Origin: Candidatus Methylomirabilis oxygeniifera
Lineage (GTDB): Bacteria > Methylomirabilota > Methylomirabilia > Methylomirabilales > Methylomirabilaceae
Assembly: GCA_000091165.1 (NCBI GenBank)
Contig: FP565575.1
Coordinates: 870,001-902,000 of the forward strand
Length of the DNA: 32,000 nucleotides
Reading direction: 5' to 3'
In this document: in pieces, positions 8,197-15,952 of the stretch
Layout of the letters: each line of letters starts with the position of its first letter
Numbering within the stretch: the stretch's first letter is position 1
The notes under the pieces: model-generated
The model's database searches: none
Seen by the model: only the letters and a program-made list of their open reading frames with translations
What the model was told of the DNA's origin: nothing
Made by a program: the position numbers and the translations under genes

Positions 8197-9450
8197 ATGG
8201 TGCTGGTGAAGGGACTCAAGTGCAGAGAGTGCGGTAGACCATATCCGGCTGATCCCCTGCATGTCTGTGAATATTGTTTCGGGCCTCTTGAGGTCGATTA
8301 TGATTACGACGCGATTCGAGGCAGATTGACGAGAAAGGCGATCGAGGCCGGACCGCCCAGCATCTGGCGATACAAGGCGCTGCTGCCGATCGAAGGGGAG
8401 CCCGTAGTCGGGAAACACTGCGGGATGACGCCCCTCGTGCGGGCCAATAACCTGGCGCGTGCGTTAGGTATGCGGGAGGTCTATGTCAAGAACGATACCG
8501 TCAGCCATCCTACGTTTTCATTTAAGGATCGGGTCGTGGCGGTGGCGGTGACGAAGGCCGTCGAGTTTGACTTTAAGGTGGTGGCCTGCGCGTCCACCGG
8601 CAATCTGGCAAATTCGGTGGCGGCCCATGCCGCCGAGGGAGGGCTTCCCAGCTTCGTATTTGTGCCGGCCGACCTGGAACAGGGCAAGGTGTTGGGCACC
8701 TTGATCTATAACCCGAAGCTGGTGGCTGTAGACGGTAACTACGATGAGGTGAATCGCCTGTGCAGCGAGATCGCCGATAAATATGGGTGGGCATTTGTGA
8801 ATATCAACATCCGACCCTACTACGCTGAGGGTTCGAAGACCTTCGGGTACGAGATTGCAGAGCAACTTGGCTGGCGCGTACCCCACCATATCGTTGTGCC
8901 GGCCGCGGGGGGTTCGCTGGTCACGAAGATCTTGAAGGGGCTGAAGGAGTTCGATCGGCTCGGTCTCCTGGATGGAGGCTGCCACACGCGGATGCATGTG
9001 GCTCAAGCCGAAGGATGCGGTCCGATTGTCACCGCTATCAAGGAGAACAGCGAGATCATCAGACCGGTGAAGCCGAAGACCATCGCCAAGTCGCTTGCCA
9101 TCGGGAACCCGGCGGACGGCTACTACGCCTACAAGGCGGTCAAAGGGAGCGGTGGTCATGGGGAGCACGCGACGGATGAGGAGATTGTAGACGCGATGAA
9201 GCTGTTGGCGCGCACCGAAGGGATCTTCGCGGAGACGGCAGGCGGGGTGACGGTAGCGGCGGCCAAGCGACTGATCGAGCAGGGCCGCATCCCTCGAGAT
9301 GAAAGTCTGGTGCTCTGCATTACCGGGAACGGGTTGAAGACTCAGGAGGCGGTCGCCGCATCATTGAAGGTTCGGTTCCACATCAAGCCGACCCTTCGAT
9401 CGTTCGACGAGGCGATGGCGTCTCACGACATTGACGTGACGTCAAGGTGA
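8197..9450 (+). CDS. Threonine-synthase-like PLP enzyme with N-terminal zinc ribbon (candidate O-phosphohomoserine-dependent homocysteine synthase)
   Basis: It has the PLP-lysine motif HPTFSFKDRVV and CASTGNLANS, as in the threonine synthase/Trp-synthase-beta fold. The N-terminus has a zinc ribbon, CRECG...CEYC. The start at ATG 8197 is translationally coupled to the NIL gene. The family call is solid; the physiological reaction is inferred. Confidence 0.8.
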   Translation: MVLVKGLKCRECGRPYPADPLHVCEYCFGPLEVDYDYDAIRGRLTRKAIEAGPPSIWRYKALLPIEGEPVVGKHCGMTPLVRANNLARALGMREVYVKNDTVSHPTFSFKDRVVAVAVTKAVEFDFKVVACASTGNLANSVAAHAAEGGLPSFVFVPADLEQGKVLGTLIYNPKLVAVDGNYDEVNRLCSEIADKYGWAFVNINIRPYYAEGSKTFGYEIAEQLGWRVPHHIVVPAAGGSLVTKILKGLKEFDRLGLLDGGCHTRMHVAQAEGCGPIVTAIKENSEIIRPVKPKTIAKSLAIGNPADGYYAYKAVKGSGGHGEHATDEEIVDAMKLLARTEGIFAETAGGVTVAAAKRLIEQGRIPRDESLVLCITGNGLKTQEAVAASLKVRFHIKPTLRSFDEAMASHDIDVTSR

Positions 9451-9531
9451 GCGCTCAGCCGTCGGCCTGAGAATACTGAATGGTTGGTTCAATCACACGA
9501 AGGCAAGACATCATTAAAAGGAGAGAAATCG

Positions 9532-9810
9532 ATGAGTGTGAAAGTGCGCATCCCAACCCCTTTACGTGGTCTGACCAGCGGGCAGGGAGAGGTGGAGGGG
9601 CAGGGCAACTCTATTAATGAGCTGATCGAGAATCTGGAACAGTCGTATGCCGGCTTGCGGGAACGAATCTATGATGAGGCTGGTAGCGTCCGCCGTTTCA
9701 TCAATATCTATGTGAATGAGGAGGATATCCGATTTCTGCAGGGCATCTCAACGCCGCTCAAGCCCGGCGATCTCGTCTCCATCGTCCCGGCCATCGCCGG
9801 CGGTTGCTGA
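9532..9810 (+). CDS. MoaD/ThiS/CysO-family ubiquitin-like sulfur-carrier protein, C-terminus Gly-Gly-Cys
   Basis: 92 aa, MSVKVRIPTPLR...FINIYVNEEDIRF...GDLVSIVPAIAGGC*. Size and pattern match the MoaD/CysO family. An AAAGGAGAG RBS lies upstream of ATG 9532. Confidence 0.75.
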   Translation: MSVKVRIPTPLRGLTSGQGEVEGQGNSINELIENLEQSYAGLRERIYDEAGSVRRFINIYVNEEDIRFLQGISTPLKPGDLVSIVPAIAGGC

Positions 9811-9841
9811 CCGCTGACGGTGCCGGTCTCCAGAGGAATCT

Positions 9842-10405
9842 TTACTTCGAGGTCCGATCGAATCGCTTGATAATCTCGGTACTGAGGTCGAGGGTTTTGT
9901 CAAAGTATAAGAGGCCAGGACGCTGCGCCTCCAGGACGATAAAATAACCTTTTTCGACGGCGTAGGCTTTCAGAATGCCTTCGAACCGGCCGGCAAGCTT
10001 CTGGATGCTCTCTGTCTCAGCATTTTTCAGCTCCTCTGTTTTATCGTTGAGGAGGCCTTGAAAGGTTGTTGCATCGCGTTCCAGTGTGGCGGTACGGTCC
10101 TCCCGTTCTGCAACAGAAAGCCGAGACATTGCCGCGTCAAGTTCCTTCTGGCGTGTGAGCAGCTTGTCCTCCTGGGTCTTCATCTCCTTTTTCAGCTTCT
10201 CGGCCAGTTTTTCCAACCGCGCCTTGGCGGCTTTGCCGGCCTTAGAGGCAAGGACGACCTGTCGAAAGTCTACGACGCCAATCTTTAACGATTCCGTGGC
10301 GAATGCCACCGGCGGCGCGGCGATGGTAAGGCCTGCGCTCAAGCAGGCGATGGTACACCCGGCGAAGAAACTCGCAACACCTGACCTCATTTTCATTGTC
10401 GGCAA
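9842..10405 (-). CDS. skp: OmpH/Skp-family periplasmic chaperone
   Basis: It has a signal peptide, then IGVVDFRQV..., a long Lys/Glu-rich coiled-coil core, and a C-terminal YFIVLE segment typical of Skp. Confidence 0.8.
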   Translation of the reverse strand: MPTMKMRSGVASFFAGCTIACLSAGLTIAAPPVAFATESLKIGVVDFRQVVLASKAGKAAKARLEKLAEKLKKEMKTQEDKLLTRQKELDAAMSRLSVAEREDRTATLERDATTFQGLLNDKTEELKNAETESIQKLAGRFEGILKAYAVEKGYFIVLEAQRPGLLYFDKTLDLSTEIIKRFDRTSK

Positions 10406-10420
10406 AGAGTCCCGATTCTG

Positions 10421-10870
10421 TTAGAGGGCTAAACGATCAGGTAGAGGCGGCGGCACCGGAGCCGACTGCGGCCTGGGAGTATCCGGAAGCCGACGGTCGG
10501 TTTGCTCGAAGATAATAGGCGGCCACCAGGTTGACCAAGTCCAGACACCCGATAAATCACTTCTCGTCAGGACTTCTACCTGCGATTGTTCGCCTCCGAT
10601 GTCCAGAACGGCGATATAGACGATTTCCCCAAGGCTCTGTTCGCGATATGCGGTGGAGAAGTACGCGAGGCGCGGATTTGAATGGCTCGGAACCAGATCG
10701 GTCGGAAAAAAGTTGAGGTCTCGAAGCGCCTGGTTTACGGCGATGACGGTTTCCTTGGCAGGATGCGGGTAGGATTTGACTGCGCGGCTTCCGCCGGGAA
10801 AGGTTGCGCAGCCTGCTATCGCCAGGAAGAGCAACACTCCTACAAATTGTCGACAGCCTGGACAGCGCAT
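10421..10870 (-). CDS. Lipoprotein, function unknown
   Basis: The N-terminus MRCPGCRQFVGVLLFLAIAGCATF contains a lipobox (LAIAGC). I recognised no other motif. Confidence 0.6.
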   Translation of the reverse strand: MRCPGCRQFVGVLLFLAIAGCATFPGGSRAVKSYPHPAKETVIAVNQALRDLNFFPTDLVPSHSNPRLAYFSTAYREQSLGEIVYIAVLDIGGEQSQVEVLTRSDLSGVWTWSTWWPPIIFEQTDRRLPDTPRPQSAPVPPPLPDRLAL

Positions 10871-10879
10871 GCTCCTCTT

Positions 10880-11002
10880 TTATCCTCCCCCTTCCCCATA
10901 GGCGTCGTCGCGTTTGGCCAACCACCAGACCAGCAGGACCGTCAACGCCATCAAGAGCGGCGTAATGCCGTAGGCGAGGGCGATAATCATGATCTGTCGC
11001 AT
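10880..11002 (-). CDS. Possible 40-aa single-pass membrane peptide
   Basis: Hand translation gives MRQIMIIALAYGITPLLMALTVLLVWWLAKRDDAYGEGGG*. It has one clean TM helix and a charged tail. It sits between ispH and the lipoprotein gene, and its 3' GGAGGA doubles as the RBS for that gene. It is below the ORF-track length cutoff. Confidence 0.3.
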   Translation of the reverse strand: MRQIMIIALAYGITPLLMALTVLLVWWLAKRDDAYGEGGG

Positions 11003-11033
11003 GTGTGTCTTTCCAGCAAGGGCGAACTGCCGA

Positions 11034-12026
11034 CTACACGGCGCCCGCTAACTGGTTCGCATGTGACGCCGATTCGGTCCCCAAGCTCGGTCGCTCTCGA
11101 ATGAGTTCCAGAGGCAGGCCGAAATTCACCTCCTCCTTGATCGATTCGATCTCCTCGATGTCGATGACGCCCAACGCCTTGAAATAGCCGACGACTCCCT
11201 GGACCAGGTGCTCGGGGGCTGAGGCACCCGCTGTGACCCCAATGACCCGTGTGCCCTCAAGCCATGCCGGGTTAATCTCGCTGACATCGTCAATGAGATA
11301 GGCCCGAACCCCTACCCCTTTGGCGACCTCGATCAACCGTTTGGAATTTGAGCTGTTCTGTGAGCCGAGAGCCAGGATCAGATCAACACGCGAGGCCAGC
11401 TCCTTCAGCGCGGTCTGACGGTTCTGAGTGGCGTAACAGATGTCTTCCTTGGATGGAAAAGCGAGCGCCGGAAACTTCCGCCTGAGAGCGTCGATGATCC
11501 CCGTCGTATCATCCAGACTGAGCGTGGTTTGCGTGATGACCGCCACCTTGGTGGGATCAGGGACGTTCAACTCCTCCAACTGTTCCGCTGATCCGATGAC
11601 AGTAATGGCGTCAGGCGCTTCTCCCGTTGTTCCGATCACCTCATCGTGTCCTTTGTGGCCGACCAGGATGATCGAGTGGCCTTCCCGGGCAAACTTGATC
11701 GCCTCGTTATGGACTTTCGTCACCAGGGGGCAGGTGGCATCGATGACCTTGAGCCGTTTGGAGGCGGCCTGTGCTCGTACCTCCGGAGAGACTCCGTGAG
11801 CGCTGTAAATAACGAGTGCGCCATCGGGCACCTCGTCCAGGTCATCGACGAAAATTGCGCCCTTCTTCCGGAGCTCATCCACCACGTGGCGGTTATGCAC
11901 GATCTCCTTCCGAACATACACCGGCTCGTCGTACAGATCCAGAGCGATCTTGACCACATCGATGGCGCGGTCCACTCCGGCACAGAATCCTCTCGGCGTC
12001 GCTAGAATCAGTTTTTCGACGGTCAC
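11034..12026 (-). CDS. ispH: 4-hydroxy-3-methylbut-2-enyl diphosphate reductase
   Basis: LATPRGFCAGVDRAI at the N-terminus and ATCPLVTKVH are LytB/IspH Fe-S Cys motifs. The likely start is GTG 12026, behind GAGG. The ORF is open to ATG 12086. Confidence 0.9.
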   Translation of the reverse strand: MTVEKLILATPRGFCAGVDRAIDVVKIALDLYDEPVYVRKEIVHNRHVVDELRKKGAIFVDDLDEVPDGALVIYSAHGVSPEVRAQAASKRLKVIDATCPLVTKVHNEAIKFAREGHSIILVGHKGHDEVIGTTGEAPDAITVIGSAEQLEELNVPDPTKVAVITQTTLSLDDTTGIIDALRRKFPALAFPSKEDICYATQNRQTALKELASRVDLILALGSQNSSNSKRLIEVAKGVGVRAYLIDDVSEINPAWLEGTRVIGVTAGASAPEHLVQGVVGYFKALGVIDIEEIESIKEEVNFGLPLELIRERPSLGTESASHANQLAGAV

Positions 12027-12221
12027 CAGTATGCCTCGCGAGTTATGGCTCCGTTCAGACCCAGTTGGCGTAGAGCACGGACACATTAAATATCATAGCA
12101 AGAGAGCATGGTACTGTCAAAAACCTCCAGAGATCGATCTCCTGATACATGCTCTCCATCAGAATTGCGATCGTCTCGCCGTTGAGCCTCCTTGAATCCT
12201 CCTTAGGCAACGCGTAGAGCG

Positions 12222-12635
12222 TTAGACGGCGCCGAGAACCTTTGTCGCGCGTCTGAGGTCCGGTGCTTTAACCCAGAGGACGGCGCCGTATCGATTCCCG
12301 CCGGCACAGACGGCCGTCACGGAGGTCACGTTGATCTTTGCATCTGCCAGCTTCGTCAGCAGGTCGGCGACGGCGCCGATACGGTCCTCGCCCTGGATCA
12401 GAAAGCCGCTCTTCTTCTTGCTGAGCGTACATCCGGCTTTCTTGGCGCATTTTACAAAGGCCGCGGAATCGGCCGGAATGAAATCCAATTGGGCTCGTCG
12501 ACCCTTGGGAAACCCTGAGAAGGCCAGCAGCTTGAGTCCGGATTCCTTGATCGCGTTGAGGGCGCGCGCCGCCTCTCCCGGCTTGTTGGGTGTCTCAATG
12601 TAAAAGTAATCCACGCGAGTGATCGTCTCAGCCAT
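12222..12635 (-). CDS. ACT-domain-like small regulatory protein
   Basis: 137 aa with two beta-alpha-beta-beta-alpha-beta-like halves (VDYFYIETPNKPGEAARALNAIKESGLKL; FLIQGEDRIGAVADLLTKLADAKINV). Confidence 0.45.
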   Translation of the reverse strand: MAETITRVDYFYIETPNKPGEAARALNAIKESGLKLLAFSGFPKGRRAQLDFIPADSAAFVKCAKKAGCTLSKKKSGFLIQGEDRIGAVADLLTKLADAKINVTSVTAVCAGGNRYGAVLWVKAPDLRRATKVLGAV

Positions 12636-12842
12636 GGTCGCCTCCTTGCGGTGTGTATTGCGTTAAACATCATCAGCTTACTGCCCAAACCACCAGCCAC
12701 TAACCTGCCGAAAAGTTTATGCGGCAAAGACCTTTAATCGGTTGCCACAATATTGTAAAATTCACTCTCTGTCAACTGCCACGGCAATGGAAGAGACGCG
12801 CGCGGCAGAAGTTGCTTCTGACCTCCTGGAGCCAAACCTGCC

Positions 12843-13628
12843 ATGATCTCGAAGCGGGTCGATCTGAATAGCGATGTTGGAGAGAGCTTTGGCGTCTGGA
12901 CGAGAGGGAACGATGAGGCGCTGATGCCCTCTCTTACCTCGGCGAGTATTGCCTGCGGATGGCACGGCGGGGATCCACAGGTGATGCGACGGACCGTCAG
13001 GCTTGCGAAGGCGCACGGCGTCAAGGTTGGAGCGCATCCGGGCTTCCCTGATCTGTTGGGCTTCGGTCGGCGACCGATGCAGCTCTCACCCGGGGAGGCG
13101 AAAGACTATCTTCTATACCAGATCGGGGCGCTCTGGGCCTTTATACAGGCTGAGGGGATGCGACTTCAACATGTCAAGCCTCATGGGGCGCTCTATCATA
13201 TGGCTGCCGGCGATCGGTTGCTATCCGAAGCCATTGCGGAAGCGATCGCCGAAGTCGACCGCACCCTAATCTTAGTTGGGCCGCCAGGATCTGCGCTTCT
13301 GTCGGCCGGGCAGGGGGCGGGACTGCGAACGGCGCAGGAAGGATTCGGCGATCGCGCCTACAATGAAGACGGAAGCCTGGTGCCCCGATCGGTGCGTGGC
13401 GCACTCCTGACCGATCCTGATACAGTGGCTGATCGGGTCCTGTTGATGCTTGAAGGGAAGGTACGGGCTATCACGGGTCGGATGATTCCCATTACAGTAG
13501 ATACTGTCTGCCTGCATGGCGATACCCCTGGCATGCCGGCTATTGCAACGCGGCTTCGCGAGCGACTGGCGCTGGCGGGCGTCGAGGTCGTACCATTGGA
13601 GGAACTCCTTGTCGGTCAGGTTTCGTGA
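12843..13628 (+). CDS. pxpA: 5-oxoprolinase subunit A (LamB/YcsF family)
   Basis: The N-terminal VDLNSDVGESFG motif and GAHPGFPD are characteristic of LamB/YcsF. Confidence 0.85.
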   Translation: MISKRVDLNSDVGESFGVWTRGNDEALMPSLTSASIACGWHGGDPQVMRRTVRLAKAHGVKVGAHPGFPDLLGFGRRPMQLSPGEAKDYLLYQIGALWAFIQAEGMRLQHVKPHGALYHMAAGDRLLSEAIAEAIAEVDRTLILVGPPGSALLSAGQGAGLRTAQEGFGDRAYNEDGSLVPRSVRGALLTDPDTVADRVLLMLEGKVRAITGRMIPITVDTVCLHGDTPGMPAIATRLRERLALAGVEVVPLEELLVGQVS

Positions 13629-14295
13629 CGGCGGAGAGAGCTGCCTGGTGGCGGAGCTGGGCGACGCCATTGATATTGCGTTGAACCGTCAAGTCCGGGC
13701 GCTGGACCAGGCGTTAGAGCAGGCACGGGTGGAAGGGGTGCTGGAAGCTGTACCCACCTATCGATCGCTCGCCATCTACTACGATCCGCTCGTTGTCGGC
13801 CGTGATATCTTACGGCAGCAGGTCAGCGCGCTATACGATTCATTAGGTGGCCAAGGCGACCGGACAGTCAAGGAGGTAGAGGTCCCGACTGTTTACGGTG
13901 GCGAATATGGTCCAGACCTCGAGTTCGTTGCCCGCCACAGCGGTCTGTCGCCGAATGAGGTGATTCGTCTCCATTCGGAGCCGGTTTATCATGTCTACAT
14001 GGTCGGTTTTATGGTCGGCTTTCCCTACCTTGGTGATCTTGTGGAACGGCTTGCCGTTCCACGGCTTTCGACGCCCCGCCTGAAGGTGCCGGCCGGCTCC
14101 GTAGGGATCGGTGGGAGGCAGACCGGCATTTATCCTGTTGAGAGTCCGGGGGGCTGGCGGATCATAGGGCGCACATCCCTTCGCCTCTTCGATCCTTCTT
14201 CTGAGACGCCGACCGCGATCCTTCCGGGCGACACGGTTCGATTTGTGCCAATCGCGCCGCGCGACCAGACGGGAGCGCAGTGTGGACGCCTTTGA
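13609..14295 (+). CDS. pxpB: 5-oxoprolinase subunit B (KipI / allophanate hydrolase subunit 1 family)
   Basis: It has AVPTYRSLAIYYDP, VYHVYMVGFMVGFPYLG and GIGGRQTGIYPVESPGGWRIIGRT. The start is uncertain. I chose TTG 13609, which overlaps the pxpA stop; the ORF is open from 13516. Confidence 0.75.
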   Translation: MSVRFRDGGESCLVAELGDAIDIALNRQVRALDQALEQARVEGVLEAVPTYRSLAIYYDPLVVGRDILRQQVSALYDSLGGQGDRTVKEVEVPTVYGGEYGPDLEFVARHSGLSPNEVIRLHSEPVYHVYMVGFMVGFPYLGDLVERLAVPRLSTPRLKVPAGSVGIGGRQTGIYPVESPGGWRIIGRTSLRLFDPSSETPTAILPGDTVRFVPIAPRDQTGAQCGRL

Positions 14296-15370
14296 GGTCG
14301 TCAAGCCCGGGTTCCTGACTACTGTCCAGGACCTTGGGCGGATCGGATATCAGAAATTCGGCGTGCCGACTTCCGGCGCGATGGATCGGACCGCATTGCG
14401 GGCCGCCAACCTTCTGCTTGATAATAAGGAAGGATTTGCCGGCTTAGAGGCGACGGCGGAGGGGCCGACGCTCCGCGCGCTCATTGACCTGGTTGTGGCG
14501 ATCGTTGGCGCGGACATGCAGCCGCTGGTAGACGGAAGGTCGGTTGACAGTGAGACGGCCGTTGAGATCCGGAGCGGTCAGACTCTTGAGCTCCAGCGTG
14601 CCAGGCGAGGGATTCGCGCCTACCTGGCGGTTGCCGGCGGGATTGATGTGCCTGTTCTGCTCGGGAGCCGTTCTACGTGCCTCCCAGCCGCTTTCGGTGG
14701 TGTTTGCGGGCGGGCCCTGTGTGAGAACGATCGTCTACCGATCGGCCCGGTCGATCGACAGCCTACGGCACTTATCGGGCGTCGACTGCCATCGGGGTGG
14801 TTGAAGCCGATAGGTGAGGTACTGACGGTTCGCGTGGTCCTTGGGTTGCAGGAAGATCAGTTTACCCCTGAAGGGATTCGTACATTCTTGAGTGAGTCGT
14901 ACCGTGTCACTCCACAGATGGATCGGGTGGGTGTCAGACTTTATGGACCGTCGATCGCGCATCGATCAGGCGCGGATATCATCTCTGATTCGACCCCGCT
15001 GGGGGCGGTACAAGTGGCGGCTGACGGTCAACCAATGATCTTATTGGCCGACCGTCAGGCGACCGGCGGCTACACAAAGATCGCGGTTGTCATACAAGAA
15101 GACATCTGGCGATTGGGACAGGCTAGGCCCGAGCAGGTTGTCCGGTTTCGCCCGATCTCCGTATCCGAGGCCTGCGCCGCCCTGCGGACCTACGAGGAAA
15201 GATTTGACGTATTACGGCGAACATGGCAAAGTCCACCAAATGAGCGTGGTAGCTACAGGCTACGCCTTGGGGGCGGATCGTATCGAGTCGGTGTGGAAGA
15301 GGCGCGCGGGTCCTATCGGGTGAGTCTTGAAGGTATAGAGCGAGAATTGGATGATACTGAAGAACCATAA
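14282..15370 (+). CDS. pxpC: 5-oxoprolinase subunit C (KipA / allophanate hydrolase subunit 2 family) with C-terminal extension
   Basis: KPGFLTTVQDLGRIGYQKFGVPTSGAMD and QATGGYTKIAVV match KipA. The GTG 14282 start overlaps the pxpB stop. Confidence 0.8.
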   Translation: MDAFEVVKPGFLTTVQDLGRIGYQKFGVPTSGAMDRTALRAANLLLDNKEGFAGLEATAEGPTLRALIDLVVAIVGADMQPLVDGRSVDSETAVEIRSGQTLELQRARRGIRAYLAVAGGIDVPVLLGSRSTCLPAAFGGVCGRALCENDRLPIGPVDRQPTALIGRRLPSGWLKPIGEVLTVRVVLGLQEDQFTPEGIRTFLSESYRVTPQMDRVGVRLYGPSIAHRSGADIISDSTPLGAVQVAADGQPMILLADRQATGGYTKIAVVIQEDIWRLGQARPEQVVRFRPISVSEACAALRTYEERFDVLRRTWQSPPNERGSYRLRLGGGSYRVGVEEARGSYRVSLEGIERELDDTEEP

Positions 15371-15812
15371 CAGACCGATAGGGTGGGGCGCGAGGATACT
15401 GAGGGTGCTGGTGGGTATTGCGGCCATCGCGCTTTCGGCCTGCGCCGTATGGCGGATTGAATCCACTCCGGCCGGACCCGGTGTGCCGATCATCTCGAAT
15501 CTCCGGGTGGAACCGGCCAAGGCGAGAGTTGGGGAATCGGTACAAGTGACTTTTGACTTTGAGGACACCGATGCCGACCTTATCGAGGCCCGCATCTTTC
15601 CCTCGGAGTTTCGGGAATGGGTGTACAGGCCGGCTTTCGCGCCGAAGGTCCTGAACCTGAGAGCTGAGAAACATGGTCTAGCCATCGGACAGGTCGAAAC
15701 ACGTCTCAAGTGGGAGAGCGAGGGGATCAGAATCGTCGAGGTGTTCGTGGTGGATGAAAAGAACCATACGAGCAACGGATTGCGAGCGCGCGTCGCGATC
15801 ATCCGCCGGTGA
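15351..15812 (+). CDS. Lipoprotein, function unknown (Ig-like/beta-rich)
   Basis: It has the lipobox IALSAC after a hydrophobic N-terminus. It overlaps the pxpC end by 20 nt. Confidence 0.5.
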   Translation: MILKNHNRPIGWGARILRVLVGIAAIALSACAVWRIESTPAGPGVPIISNLRVEPAKARVGESVQVTFDFEDTDADLIEARIFPSEFREWVYRPAFAPKVLNLRAEKHGLAIGQVETRLKWESEGIRIVEVFVVDEKNHTSNGLRARVAIIRR

Positions 15813-15867
15813 AACTCTGATTAGTCAGAACCCGCAGGCCCAACCCTCCGTGTGTGGCTCGTACCCA

Positions 15868-15896
15868 TTGACATTCCCAGGTTCGTGATTTACTGT
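15868..15896 (+). promoter_or_regulatory. Candidate sigma-70 promoter upstream of galT-like gene
   Basis: TTGACA (15868-15873), a 17-nt spacer, then TACTGT (15891-15896). Confidence 0.3.
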
Positions 15897-15952
15897 TATG
15901 GGGTTTTGACGCGAGGGCTCTCGGGATAGGGATAAAGGAGGAAAACAACCCG

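Noticed and set aside
7877-8209. A 110-aa ORF, and the 7920 start of the NIL-2 ORF, overlapping the riboswitch P1 and terminator.
   Set aside because: Translation would have to start inside the aptamer or terminator hairpin. ATG 7959, with its own RBS downstream of the terminator, is the coherent start.
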